Shown: positions 37,649 to 50,193 of the stretch, piece after piece
Layout: each line of letters starts with the position of its first letter
Numbering within the stretch: position 1 is the first letter of the stretch
From: Octopus sinensis
Lineage: Eukaryota
Length of the DNA: 64,000 nucleotides
Assembly (NCBI RefSeq): GCF_006345805.1
Contig: NC_043016.1
Coordinates: 15,872,001 to 15,936,000 of the forward strand
Direction: 5' to 3'
Program-made: the position numbers and the translations under genes
The notes under the pieces: model-generated
The model's database searches: none
What the model saw: only the letters and a program-made list of their open reading frames with translations
What the model was told of the DNA's origin: nothing

Positions 37649-40600
37649 TATATATGTGTATATAGGCCTGTTTGCAAAAAATTTCTTTGCTGGATGTGTA
37701 ATGTAAGTTACATGTTTGACAGAGTGCTAGTATTTTGAGAGAAAGGCTAGGTATAAGAGGATCGGTTGTTATGTGCAAGGGAGGGGGGACTGCACTGGTT
37801 TGGTCATGTGATGCAGATGGATGTTGACAGCTGCATAAAGAAGTGGATAGAATGTGTAGAAATAGGAGACCCAAGGAGAGAGGGGATGAAGTACTGAAGA
37901 ACGGTCTCAGGATGCTGAACCTTTCGTGCGAGATGACAAAGGGCTGAGATGCCTGGCACTTGGCTGTACCCTGCAGCAGAAGTGTTAAGACCAATCCTTC
38001 AGGTGATGTAAAGCACTCATGGCAGTGCCACATAAAAGCACTTGAGAGTGGTGCCATGTAAAAAGCGCTTGTGCACCCAGCACACCTTGTAAAGTGGTTG
38101 GCATTAGGAAGGGCAGCATCCAGCCGTAGAAACCATGCCAATGCAGACTGGATTCTTGTGCAGCTACCCATCTTGCTTATTCTGGTCAAACCATCCAACC
38201 CATGCCAGCATGGACAACAGACGTTAAATGATGGTGATGACTTTTGACTCAACTCATTTCAAGACCACATTATTACATATTCTAATGAAAAACAAATGTT
38301 TTATTTTCTTAAAAGATTTCAACTGAATGATCATTACCTTCTTTATCAGTACTTGTTTCAGTTATGGACATAGTGTGGCACCATCCTGAAGAATTTTTAG
38401 TCAAATTAATCAACCTCAGGACTTATTCTTTGTAAGCCTGGTACTTATACTATTGGTTTCTTTCGCCGAACTGCTAAGTTATGGGGCCATAAACACACCA
38501 GCTGTCAAGTGGTGTAGGGGGGGGGGATAAACATAGGCACAGACACATATAAATAAATGTGTGTGTGTGTGTGTAAACTGAACTTGGAACCTTGTGGTTG
38601 AGAAACAATCTTCTTAGCACACAGCCACGTAAATCATTTCTCTGTAAATTATAATTTGAAATGACAGTCTATTTACTTAGCGATGCCAACAGGACCAATA
38701 TGGAGCAAAAAAAGAAAAGAAAATGACGTTGACATGTTGGGTAACAACGAAGTGTCAAATATTCTTGCCCAGTGACAACGCGATCAGATTGCTGAGTCGG
38801 TTGATGGTAGACAACCAGCATTTGTTGTATGTGATCGTTGGATGACATTAACAACCTCTCAACAGTCCTGTCCAAATAGCTGTCAAGTAGATAACCTCGG
38901 GGTCATGTAAAACATCGCAGTAAACGGCAGAGCGACGTAATTTATTGGCTTGCGGAGAGAACGGCAAAGGAGGAAATTACATGCAATAATCCAGTGCCCT
39001 ATCCAGGAGATTTATATTTCATCCACTTCAATGGGTTCTTTTGACCCTGAAATATTAGTTTCTTAAAGTCTAGACCTTGAACTTATTTCTCTCAATACCG
39101 TGGGGGGCAGTAATAACCTACTTATTTCACCATTACTTTCGCCACGTGAAGGCCCCAAAATAAATAAATAAACAAAAAGACCTCAAAGAAGAAATAGCTT
39201 ATTCTTCCACTCGTAATAAAATTCATATGAATCGAACAGCAAAGGTTTACGGCCGTAAACAAGGACCTTAAGATGGTTGCTGCTGTCATCGATATCGGAA
39301 TAAGCCACATCGAGTATCTGTGTGTGTGTGTATATATAAACTAACGATATAATTAGTATCAAGTATCAAACGATATTCTGATGAGATAAAAACAGAAACA
39401 CATTAAAAATTATTTTGATTTGCTGGGAATTCATTTTTAATCCTATTTCTCGTATTTTGTAAAATTGAATATCTTTGTTCTTCTGTTTAACCCTAACCTT
39501 TTAATGATCCGATAAAATTACATAGATTAATTAAAAGAAATGCGGGGGTAAAATGAACCTGGCAAAATGCAAGGAGTTACATTTTGTACCAAAAAGTTTT
39601 TCTTTGGCGAGGGAGTGGAGGTTGTTCGACCTCTTGTCGATACCGATCGAGCAGATCTATGACCAAAGACAATCCAATTGTGACCAATACGTCTTTTTGT
39701 ATAGCAGGGACAACGTATTTCCTATGTAACCATTATTTAAATAACGGTATGAGTAATGGGAGGGATATGGTTAATACCTCCAGCAAGTCGAATAACAACA
39801 GCGTACAGACTCCCTGGTTGACTTCATAACGGTACATATTTGTTTGACCCTCATCTAGCACACATGTGATCAAAGGCGTTCCAGTCATGACCACAGCGTC
39901 TTTTTTGCCTATCAGTAACACTGAGCACTCTGTTGCCCCTTTTCATGCTTTCTCTTTAAATACAAGAGTGTGATTTGAGGTCATTCGACTGTTATCTGTG
40001 GGGGATCGAGCAACTTCACTGAGGCCTCCATCGTTTAATCTCGTAACATGATATGCAATTATATTATACATGTTGTGGCGAAGAGCAGAAACAAAATCTT
40101 TCTAAAAATCTGTGACGACTGTAACCTGGTTTCACTTCTCATTTGGAAATTAAAACTATTGGAGTGTAAAAATGCACAACTACCAAAGCTTTGTCGATTC
40201 TTCATTCTTCGAAAACCCAGAGATCGGCTTTTATGCCTTTGTAAGGAAGTTGCGAATAAGTAGTTGTGTTCGGGTTGGCTTTCGCAGGTACAGGATTAAT
40301 CAAAGCACTTTCAAACGTATCCATTCCGCCTGCACACACACACACACACACAATATACACACAAGGTTACATTATTCCAATGTGTCCATGTTTTCTAAAG
40401 TTGACAGAATGCGGTTTGGGGGAAATCAGGGCTGCTGCTATTACTAGCAGAGCTAACGACCATGTGCAGTTAGTCAAGCCGATTCGATCTAATTACATTT
40501 TAATTAAATCAGCCACTGTACACTAAAATGCATAAATCCGTACATACATTATATAAATATATATATTTAGACACACACACACATCATATAAGTGTGTGTA

Positions 40601-41482
40601 TTTAGTTTAGTAGAACGGTGCAAATAGCAAAAAGCAATGTAAAAGAGACTACAAGTCTACAAGAATGCAGAAGTAAAAGACATTTAACAGGTTCCATCTG
40701 CACCTAAAACATCATTTAACAAAAGAGAGATTATAATAAGACGAAGGAATTCTTTCTTTTAAAGATCAGAATTATCGATCCTTCCCCCCCCCCCCAATTG
40801 GCATCACTGACCGAATTCCATTACAAGAATTAAGTTAATATTTTAAAATAACAGAAAAAACATAACTTTTATACACATCATCATACATACATATATAAAT
40901 ATATATATATATATACACATATATATATATTGTAGTCTCACCGGATGCAGTTCAATGGAATTGGTAAATAAATTAGAAACAATGACATGAGATCATGATA
41001 AAAAGTCGGAATTGCCTTTCATTGTCTCTCCCCCCCTCTTCCTGTATCACCAGAGACTTTGGTGCAGAATTCTTTGAAATATAATTATTTATAAATTTCT
41101 GTCGGTCGACTAAAATCGAGCATCGAGATCTGTTCTCGATCTCTTCATTTGTAGACAATAGGTATACAAATACACACAAAATATATATACGTGTGTGTAT
41201 TGTATATACGTATACAAATATATACACGCTGTTGGAGGTTTGGTTCAAGTGTCCCTCGTGGGAAAGGGGAAAAAAAGGGGACGAAAACGAAGAGGGGTCA
41301 ACACTTTCGGGCAATGATTTTCATAGACACACACACGTATATATATAATGTATGGGTAGGTATGAAGGCTGTCCCATTTTCTCCATTCTTCCAACCAAGA
41401 ACTCTCTGCTACTCGGTATCTCTTCTTCTTCGTCACAAAAACATTCAAGATGTGAATAAATAAAAGAAGAAGGGAAACCTAC

Positions 41483-41647
41483 CAATTTGTCGATGCGAAC
41501 CTCGAAGAGCTGATTGTCGCGGAGTGGCTCGCTGCTCAACACAACAGCATTGCTGAACTCTTGTGTCGGATTGTTTCTTTTGGCCGTTCTATTACCGTTA
41601 CATAATACTACCAAAGACCCAGTTCGGTTGTGGAACTTCGAAGCCAT
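41483..41647 (-). CDS. NEURL4: NEURL4 coding exon 1 (start of NHR1)
   Basis: ATG at 41647; [55 protein letters not shown] matches the NHR1 N-terminus of NEURL4; donor TTG|GTAGGT; 165 nt, phase 0. Confidence 0.93.
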
Positions 41648-41653
41648 TCTTTT

Positions 41654-41770
41654 TTAAAAAAAAAATAATCCAACAACAACAACACAAACAACACCAAAAG
41701 CGGAGCCGCTGCTGCTGCTGCTGCTGCCGCCGCTGTTGTTGTTGTCGCTGCTGCTGCTGCTGTCGCTCAT
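41654..41770 (-). other. In-frame uORF (38 aa) on an AGC/AAC triplet repeat upstream of the NEURL4 ATG
   Basis: MSDSSSSSDNNNSGGSSSSSSGSAFGVVCVVVVGLFFF-TAA, then AAA AGA ATG. Confidence 0.5.
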
Positions 41771-42063
41771 ACTCTCGACAGCACTGTTGTTATTCCTAAT
41801 TGGGATAAATATATTTTTTTTTTAAAAACCTATAGATAAAATTTCGATGAATGAATAAACATTTTATTTCTATAGATTTTTATATTGAGTTTGTTTCTAT
41901 TTATGTATATTGTATTTGTGTTGACGAGGGAGTCTACATCGATATATGAATGTATATATAAATATATACATCTGGCTGCATCGCTGGTTAGAGGTTAATT
42001 GATGATGTCTATATATTGCTCACGTGATGGTAACTCACTGACACAAGGAAACACATTGAGAAA
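41771..42063. promoter_or_regulatory. Bidirectional promoter region shared by NEURL4 and ING4/5
   Basis: Divergent ATGs at 41647 and 42064; palindromic TCACGTGA E-box at 42020-42027; DRE-like CATCGATA near 41937-41944. Confidence 0.75.
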
Positions 42064-42100
42064 ATGGCCACCGCGATGTATCTCGAACATTACCTCGACA
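42064..42100 (+). CDS. ING5: ING4/ING5 coding exon 1
   Basis: aaaATGG; MATAMYLEHYLD(S), the ING5-type N-terminus; donor A|GTAAGT. Invertebrate copy is probably co-orthologous to ING4 and ING5. Confidence 0.93.
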
Positions 42101-43171
42101 GTAAGTACTCACCACCACGTTCAACACAAGCACAACAAACTTTAATATTTCAATGAAATTTAACCACCACACTCTGCTTTTATCAACAGATAATTTATTT
42201 GTTTGGAAAAGCAGCAATTTATGAAGTTTTGCGCCTTTTTTTAAACAAAATTTCCCGACTCCCTCCCCCCCTCATTCATCTCCGTCTCATGTCTCCTCTT
42301 TTCCCGTCTCTCTGCCTCTCTGTCTCTCTCTCATCTGTCTTCATAATTCCAAGTGGAGATTGTTAAGAAAATTAGCACCAGAATCCATATATCAGTATTA
42401 TTTTTACTTACTAAATATCCCCGGAATCTCTTAATTTGTTGACTTTTTGAGAGAAGAAAATATATTCCACTCCTTCCTTCTTTTTCTTCTTTTTGGTATA
42501 AATTTCTGCAGAATTACCAAATAATATTCAACTTGTCGAAGGAATACCCTTTTATCTAAATCAAAACCCTTCCTTTTTCGCCCCAATTCATTAATTTCTC
42601 TCTCTCTCCTCTCTGCCCCCCCCCCTTTTCCGTCCCGCCATTTTGACCCTTTTAAACCGCGCCTAATTAATTAATGTTTCTCTGCTTTAATTCACATTCA
42701 CAAACAACTCTTCTTATTAACCACACAATAAATGACCGTGTATTCATAATGCGGTGGTCGGTGGAAAGCAGCAAAGAACAACACAAAACGACATTGAAAG
42801 CGAGAGAAACTCCTAATCACACTTTTTGACAAGTATTTGTTGTCATTTTCCCCTTTTCTCAAATGTCTTCTTAAAAACACAAATTCAATCGTTTCTCACT
42901 GCAGTTTATTATGTTTTACTTTCATCACTATTTAATTCTGTTTTAGATTTAAATTAGAAACAGAATTCTCATCAGACATTTGTGGACTTAAGAATATTTA
43001 TTTCTTATATTTAAAAAAACCTTTGATTTTTCATAAAATGTCATTTTGTCAATGTTTCACTGTTTTCAATGTATTTGTGGGTTTTTTTTTTACCCGCATT
43101 CACACGCTCGCACGTGTGTAAATACAGCCACACACCCGTCTATAGATGTGTGTATAGGCACTCGCGCGCAC

Positions 43172-43227
<56 letters not shown>

Positions 43228-43253
43228 ATGATGTAATGTTTGAATACTTGGTC

Positions 43254-43284
<31 letters not shown>

Positions 43285-44249
43285 AATGATGTGATGTCTC
43301 TTGTGCTTACTTGGAAGCATTGTGTTGACAGCAATTTAATTTGTTTTCGTTCTCCAATGTCTTTCTAATCATTAATTAGATTTTATACATTTATATACGA
43401 GTCTTTCCTATCAGTAGATAACTCCTCTCTCACCAGACTTCTGCAGCTACACTGTATCTTGAAGCAGCAGACCAGAATTGGTCTGCACAGTTTCACACCA
43501 CTGGACTGCAGGCCAACTCTGAATATGTCTTGTTTACTTTGTGTCAAGTTGGTGGGAGATGCACTTCGAGTCACAATCTGTGGCAGTTAGCTTTCAGGCA
43601 GTTTCCAACAGAATGGGTTCATGGCAGCATCCTGCAGCTGGGAGGAAGTAGAAGTCTCGCCACTGCTTCACTGAAAAAATCGTGAAGTTGGGAAAGGCAC
43701 ACTTCCAACGCCACTCCATATTCTCACTGTGCTTGTTTCTTTCCTTAGGTCCCTAAAAAAGGAAAAGAATCTTGCAATAGGTATAAAATTTGAATGTACT
43801 ATACTTACATCAGTGTTTCAGGCAACAGCTATTGGTAACTAGGAAGCTGCCTTCTACAGGTCCTTGTATGACTAGGCAACCCTATTTCTTCAGATAAGAA
43901 GTTGCAGCTGTCAGATTCAAGTTGGTAAAAAGCATCCAGACCATTTCGGTCAGATCTCTAGCACAGTTGTTGTTTTGAATGAAATGTTCAATGTCCGCAG
44001 AAGATCTCTGGGCAGTTTTTATCACACTGCTTTTTTAAAGCCTTGGTGAATGTGAAAGACCCTTCAGGAGGTTTGAAATGTCTCTTATCATCATCCTGAC
44101 AACTCACCAGCACTTTTCTGCAGTGCTGCCATCTGAGCCAAATAATATTTAGAAATCTTGAAGGGTGGTTGCCTCTGTTCAGGACTTGTAGAATATTCAC
44201 ATAAAAATTTGGCTACCTGCCTCTGCCAGTTCTCACAGGCATGATGGTT

Positions 44250-44297
<48 letters not shown>

Positions 44298-44379
44298 AAA
44301 ACAAAACTGTCCAAATGGGAACGTGAAACTCTGAGTAACAGTTTTTGTGATATTTTTGCTGTGATGTATATATACGCAC

Positions 44380-44531
44380 TGGCGTGGTTGTGAGGTAAGA
44401 AACTTGCTTCCCAACCACTTGGTTCCAGGTTCAGTCCCACTGCCTGGCACCTTGGGCAAGTTTCTACTGTAGTCTCAGATCAAGCAAAGCCTTGAGTGAA
44501 TTTGGTAGACGGAAACAGAAAGATACCCATC

Positions 44532-44533
<2 letters not shown>
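44380..44533 (+). mobile_element. SINE family B; copies at about 2143-2295(+), 7608-7762(-), 11542-11672(-), 17788-17930(+), 32750-32897(-), 52200-52350(-)
   Basis: TGGTAAGAAGCTTGCTTCCCAACCAC..GGTTCAGTCCCACTG..GGCACCTTGGGCAAG..GGAAACTGAAAGAAG; tRNA-like head ending in (TA/TG)n. Confidence 0.75.
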
Positions 44534-44571
<38 letters not shown>

Positions 44572-45153
44572 TCATCGTTTAACGTTTGTTTTCCATGCTA
44601 GCACAGGTTTGACGGTTTGACCGGGGTCTGGGAAGCCAGGAGGCTGCACCAGGCTCCAGTCTGATCTGGCTGTGTTTCTACAGCTGGATTCCCTTCCTAA
44701 TATATATATATATATAATGTGTGTCTGTGTTTGACCTCTCCACCATTGCTTGACAACTGATGTTGATGTATTTACATCACTGTAACTTAACATTTCAGCA
44801 AAAGAGACCAATAGAATAGGTACTAGGCTTACAAAGAAGTCGTGGGATTGATTTGTTTGACTAAATGAGGTGCCCCAGCATGGCCGCAGTCAAATGACTG
44901 AAACAAGTAAATGAATAAAAGAATATATATGAGTCTGGTATTTATATCAATTGACTCAATGTATTATCAATTATATGAAACTTGTGGTTTTGTCTGAAGA
45001 TTTTCAGAAAATAATGATGAAATTATTAACTGACATAAATGTAAAAATATAATTTTGTGAACTGGCCGTGTGTTTGATTGATATATAGTTTTGTTTTAGT
45101 ATAATTACCTGTGAATACCTAAGTTCTGTTCATATGTATTTTTTATCTCCTAG

Positions 45154-45225
45154 GTCTTGAATCTTTACCTATAGAACTCCAAAGAAACTTCACTCTCATG
45201 AGAGATCTTGATCAACGTGTACAAG
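45154..45225 (+). CDS. ING5: ING4/ING5 coding exon 2
   Basis: cctag|GT; SLESLPIELQRNFTLMRDLDQRVQ; donor G|GTAGT; phase 1 to 1. Confidence 0.94.
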
Positions 45226-45826
45226 GTAGTGATTTTTATATTCCTAATTTTTATAAAAATTTCTTTGGAAGTTCTCAAAAGAAATGGTTATGTGTAGCAG
45301 GGAATTTGATAATTATACTTTTGGTGTGTGAGTTAAAAAAAATTTTTGCAACAGTTTCTTCACAATTTTTTTAGTGAGGGTGGGGAGTAGATGCTTAATT
45401 CATGATTTGTGTGTATATATAAAACTTTTTGTGGATTGTCAACCATTAAAGCATCAACCAAAATATTTTCAAGTACCATGGTAAATTTAATCATCTAACC
45501 CTCCCCACAGTTTATCAGCAGCAGTAGTATTGTAGGAGCAGTGAAGTCTTTTATGTTCTGACTATGATGCCTGGTCCATCTGTTCCTGGTTGATTGACCC
45601 CCCCCCCCAATTGAACCTAATGAAGCAGTCTTAAATGGTCAGAGGCATTCCTGCAATAGTCACTTCTTCTAATAAAGAGTCAAAAAATGCAAGTTGGTGT
45701 TAGTTGATATTTTGCCCCACAGCAGAAATATCAAAACAGGCTACCTGTGTTTGAATGACATAAAATAACCAAAATTGTATTACTTATAAAGACTTATGCT
45801 GTCATTTCAATTTCTTATTCTTTTAG

Positions 45827-45993
45827 ACACAATGAAAGAAATTGAAAAAATAGCTGAAATATTTTTGCGAAATGTCAGGACTATGAACAAAGATCGTCGG
45901 CTTGCACATTTAGATTCCATCAATTTAAGATACAATAAAAGCCTTGGATTTGGTGATGATAAGGTCCAACTAGCTATGCAAACTTATGAAATG
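45827..45993 (+). CDS. ING5: ING4/ING5 coding exon 3
   Basis: tttag|AC; DTMKEIEKIAE...FGDDKVQLAMQTYEM; donor ATG|GTGAGT; phase 1 to 0. Confidence 0.95.
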
Positions 45994-46741
45994 GTGAGTT
46001 TCCTTAATTTAAATGTTATAATTTTTTCTTTTTTTTTCTTCTTCCCCATTTTCATTGAATATTTAAAGTGAAATGTAAAAGCTCTAAAATCTGATTTCAG
46101 TTTATTTTTCTTTAAAATTGAATGCAAACTATTTAACATAGCTGCTAAATATAATTCATGAATTATCCACCCACACTTTCCAGTTCATTGTATTCTTTTA
46201 TGCCTACCTTCTTGTATCTTGGGATTACTCTCTGACATTTTGTTACCACAATCCTCATCATTCCAGCTACTCCCATCCATCTTTCTCTGATGCAGAGTAG
46301 CCATATTGCCTGACAAAGCCACCTCTCTCTCTCTCTCTCTCTCTCCACTAAGTCTTCCTCACTCAAGAGGAAGTTGTTTTCTTTGACTTACAAGTTACTT
46401 AAACAATGTCAGTATCATTGATATGGAAAAAAAAAGGCACCCAGCCCTTGCTGTAAGGTGGCTGTTTTTAGGAAGGACATCCAACTGTAAAAACCATACC
46501 AATGCAGATTTTGGAATTTGACAGTCTTCTGGTGTTTTTTAATATTGTCAAACCAATCTGTGCCGTCACGGAAGACAGATATTCAATGATGTGGTGATTA
46601 TGATGAGATCCTACAAATTCTTTCAATAGGATTCACTGGTCCTCATATATAGTCTCTGACAAAACGATTGTAAGCTAGAATATTTTATTTATCCTTTATT
46701 GTTTTGTGTTTTTAATTTTGTCTTTTTTTACCTCTTCAAAG

Positions 46742-46835
46742 GTTGATAAGCATATACGTAAATTGGATGCTGATTTAGCGAGATTTGAAGCAGATTTGAA
46801 AGAAAAGAGCATTACAAAACCAAAAGAAGGTCCAA
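46742..46835 (+). CDS. ING5: ING4/ING5 coding exon 4
   Basis: caaag|GTT; [31 protein letters not shown]; donor A|GTATGT; phase 0 to 1. Confidence 0.92.
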
Positions 46836-47413
46836 GTATGTTTTAATCTCTCTAACTGCAACGAAATAATTCCCTATCAATTTTGAAAATTGGGTTTACT
46901 GAAAAATTAAATTAATAATTACATATGAGAGTAAAAGATTTCTGCACGCGTGAATATAACTATAGAATGAATATACTCTCCGTGGTTGACTGTTTTGAAA
47001 CGTTTGTAAATGGGATGGTTTTTTAAAATTTGGGTTGACTTCTGAATTATTGGGAAGTAAAATGTTCTTAGCTGTATGATGGAAGTTACACACTGCAACA
47101 GGCAGAGTAATATTAGCTCAGTGATGAAATAAATTCATTGATTGTAACTTTAAAGTTATGAACTTATGCGTCACTATCCATCACTTGGGCTTGCAGTAAT
47201 GACCTCTTTGTTACTGCATTATTCTAGTTCTCTCTAGCAGCCTGATGTTATCGAGAGGTAATTGATCAAATTTAAATGTAGTATTCCATCCATGTTACCC
47301 CCACCTTAAAATACTAGACTCTGAAACATTAATGATAAACAGAGTAAGTCTGAGTAGAATGTTAAGTGATTGAATATTGATGAGTTTTTTTATTTTTATA
47401 TTTGTAATTTCAG

Positions 47414-47516
47414 CTATCAAAGTAAAAGATAAAAAGAAGAGGAAATCTCTGAAGACAGAATATGAAGATGAGATTCCTAAAAAGAAGAAAAATAAGAAAT
47501 CCTCACTACAAATTCA
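47414..47516 (+). CDS. ING5: ING4/ING5 coding exon 5 (basic NLS region)
   Basis: ttcag|CT; TIKVKDKKKRKSLKTEYEDEIPKKKKNKKSSLQI; donor CA|GTAATA; phase 1 to 2 fits both neighbours. Confidence 0.88.
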
Positions 47517-48510
47517 GTAATATTGCTTTTCGTTGTTCTTTAGTTTTTTCAATTGTTAAAGCTTTTGCTAATTAATTTATCAAATTACATTAGTTTTGGC
47601 ATTTTCTTATTTTCTATCCTATTAAAAGAAAGGTAGTTGACTAGGTTTATGGAACAAAGATATTTTTAGAATTTATTGGAAACTCTTAATTTGTAACCCA
47701 TTTCATTAAGATGTTTTACAAATATTTCTTTGTAAATGGGATGTCCATTTCATAAACTTTTACCAAAGTTAAGCTTTTATTTATCGGTAGCTTTTTTGAA
47801 TAAGAGCAAAAAAATGGAAATATGTTTACAGAAGTTAGAACATATTTTATATGGGATGCCGTATAAAAAGTGAATAACTTCTTAAAAGATAATAGATTGT
47901 TTGTGTGTGTTATAAATATAATTACGTGAATGATTTTGAGATGTGGGTGGTGAAGCAGAGGATATGTAAGGGTTGGAGGGACGTATGTTCATATTTTGTT
48001 GGATGTGTAATATTAGTATGCATGAATGTGATGATACAAAAGGACTGTGTTTAAGCGGAATCAGTTATAGCATTGAAGAACGAAGATTGTCGGTATAGAA
48101 ATGATGAGTATGAAGAAGACGAACAGATGGATAAAAGTGCTAGGAATGTCCGAGTGAAAGAGGAGGATTGAAGGAAACTTGGACAGAAGTGGTAAAAAAA
48201 GCTGATTTCAGAATGTTGAAATTCACACAAGCAAGTGACAACAATATAACAAATTGTAAGAACACATCTAACCCAAGCAAGCATGAAAAAGTGGACATAA
48301 AAAATAACTTCAAGTATAAGTTTATGTAAAATATTTTATGGAAGGTACATAAAGAATAGTGTCAGACTGAGGAGAGCAGCAGTGCAGTTATCATCCAAGT
48401 GATGTATGGTTTCAGTAAATTGCAAATTGACAGTATTTATGCCAATATAAATTTCACGAAGGTGTAAATATGTTTGTTTTTTTTTCACCCCCTCTCTAAT
48501 TTTTTTCTAG

Positions 48511-48661
48511 GCCTGATATGGAGAATAGTTTGCCATCATTACCACTCTCTATCACTCATCCATCAGATGTTCTTGATATGCCTGTAGATCCTAATGAACC
48601 AACATACTGTCTTTGTCATCAAGTATCATATGGTGAAATGATTGGCTGTGATAATCCTGAT
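48511..48661 (+). CDS. ING5: ING4/ING5 coding exon 6 (first half of PHD finger)
   Basis: tctag|G; ...[35 protein letters not shown]; donor GAT|GTAAGT; phase 2 to 0. Confidence 0.96.
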
Positions 48662-50091
48662 GTAAGTTGCTTTGGTTTTTCTCTATAATTTGATACTGTA
48701 TTTTACAGGGAGAAACAAATTACTTAGTTTTTACATTTCTTTTTTTTTTTTTTTTTTTTTTTGTAATATTATCATAGGCTGTGCAGTTCAGTTATTGTTT
48801 TTGCAGTTAGATGTTCCTATTTCCAACTCTTTCTTGTTATCTTGTTATACGAGTGTGGTTTAACCAACCTCTCTCTCCTAGAGCACAGCCACAGGACATT
48901 ATCTTCACTAGAAATGTAAATATGACAGTTTTTGGGACTCAGATGATCTCATGTGAGGTCAGCTTTTACACATACAGAGGGATTCTATTTAGTTTGTCTA
49001 CAATTCCACTCATAGGATATTTGTTAGCCCAAGGAGCTGCATGGTGAGACTAACCTTGTGGTCTGAATGAAACACCTGCACAGCCTTCCCTACATATGTA
49101 CATGTACACAAACACACGTGTGTGTTTTATAGTTTAAGATCTCTTCTAAATATATTTTACACACGGACATTGCTAAATTTCAGTTGCTACTGTCAAATAC
49201 TCTTTTTTTTTTTTATTAATTTCTGAAAATCCAGGGTACTGAGTCTTATGTACTTAGCTTTCTTTTTTGTTTTGTTTTATATATAATCTTCCTCTGAAGG
49301 TAAAACCAGTTTGTCTTTACAATTGTGTAGCACGGATCAGCTGTGATCCAGCCTATTACCATGAGCCAAGGACCAAACTGTAGACCCCAGTATGCAGTTT
49401 TTAATAAGTGTGGCAGCATTACAGGTGTTAAATTCCCTTCTCATCTTAACTCTGCACTTGTGTATGTGTGAGTGATAAGTAATAGAGATGGATCTCTAGT
49501 GTTTGATCAGCTGAATTGAATTAATGTTTAAGTAATTGAGCATTCCGGTGACAGTTGTATCCATAACATATTTCTTGAGCAGTGTACATGACAAGGCTAT
49601 ACAATCCATCTGTCTGCTTCCATATAGGTTCTATATATCCAGTTTCACTTATAAGGTACGAGTTGATCTGGGGTCATATAAAATGACAATTTCCCAGCAT
49701 GCCACTTATTGAGGTGAGATCTTGGTCTTTTTGGTTGCAAAGAAAACTTAACCATTCAGACATACACCATAAGGTATGTTCACACACACACAAACACTGG
49801 ATCCTCAGTTTAGACACCTCATCGCAAACAATTTTTCAGACGTAAAATTTCTTGGGTGATGAATGTTGTCTTGAGTAACAAATATGCAATCTGGCAACAA
49901 GCTGGGTGTACCAGTGGTAGGAGAGCATCACTTGCTGTCAGACATTTGTTTAGTGCACATCACTGATTGGAATTTCCTATGGGAAAAATTTTTGAACATT
50001 TTTTGAATGGTCTTCAGGAATGAATTAAATTTGTACCACTCTATACACTTCAGAACCTTGATTTTGAATAAGTGATTTTTATTTTTTTTAG

Positions 50092-50193
50092 TGCCCTATA
50101 GAATGGTTTCATTTTGCTTGTGTTGGGCTTACAACAAAACCAAAAGGAAAATGGTACTGTCCACGCTGTCAAGAGGAACGAAAGAAAAAATGA
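50092..50193 (+). CDS. ING5: ING4/ING5 coding exon 7 (end of PHD finger, stop)
   Basis: tttag|TGC; [36 protein letters not shown]; the seven exons total 726 nt = 241 aa plus stop. Confidence 0.96.
   Translation, partial: CPIEWFHFACVGLTTKPKGKWYCPRCQEERKKK

Noticed and set aside
38930-38960. Sm-site-like AATTTATTGG suggesting an snRNA
   Set aside because: No resemblance to the spliceosomal snRNA sequences I recall (U11 and U12 compared) and no flanking stem-loops evident
39375-39410. CTGATGA...GAAAC hammerhead-like spacing; similar cases at about 9790-9830, 52825-52860 and 60194-60225
   Set aside because: Helix II and/or helix I cannot form, or GAAA is missing
41563-41799. Cys-rich metallothionein-like ORF
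   Set aside because: Antisense reading of the AGC triplet repeat and NEURL4 exon 1; no true ATG
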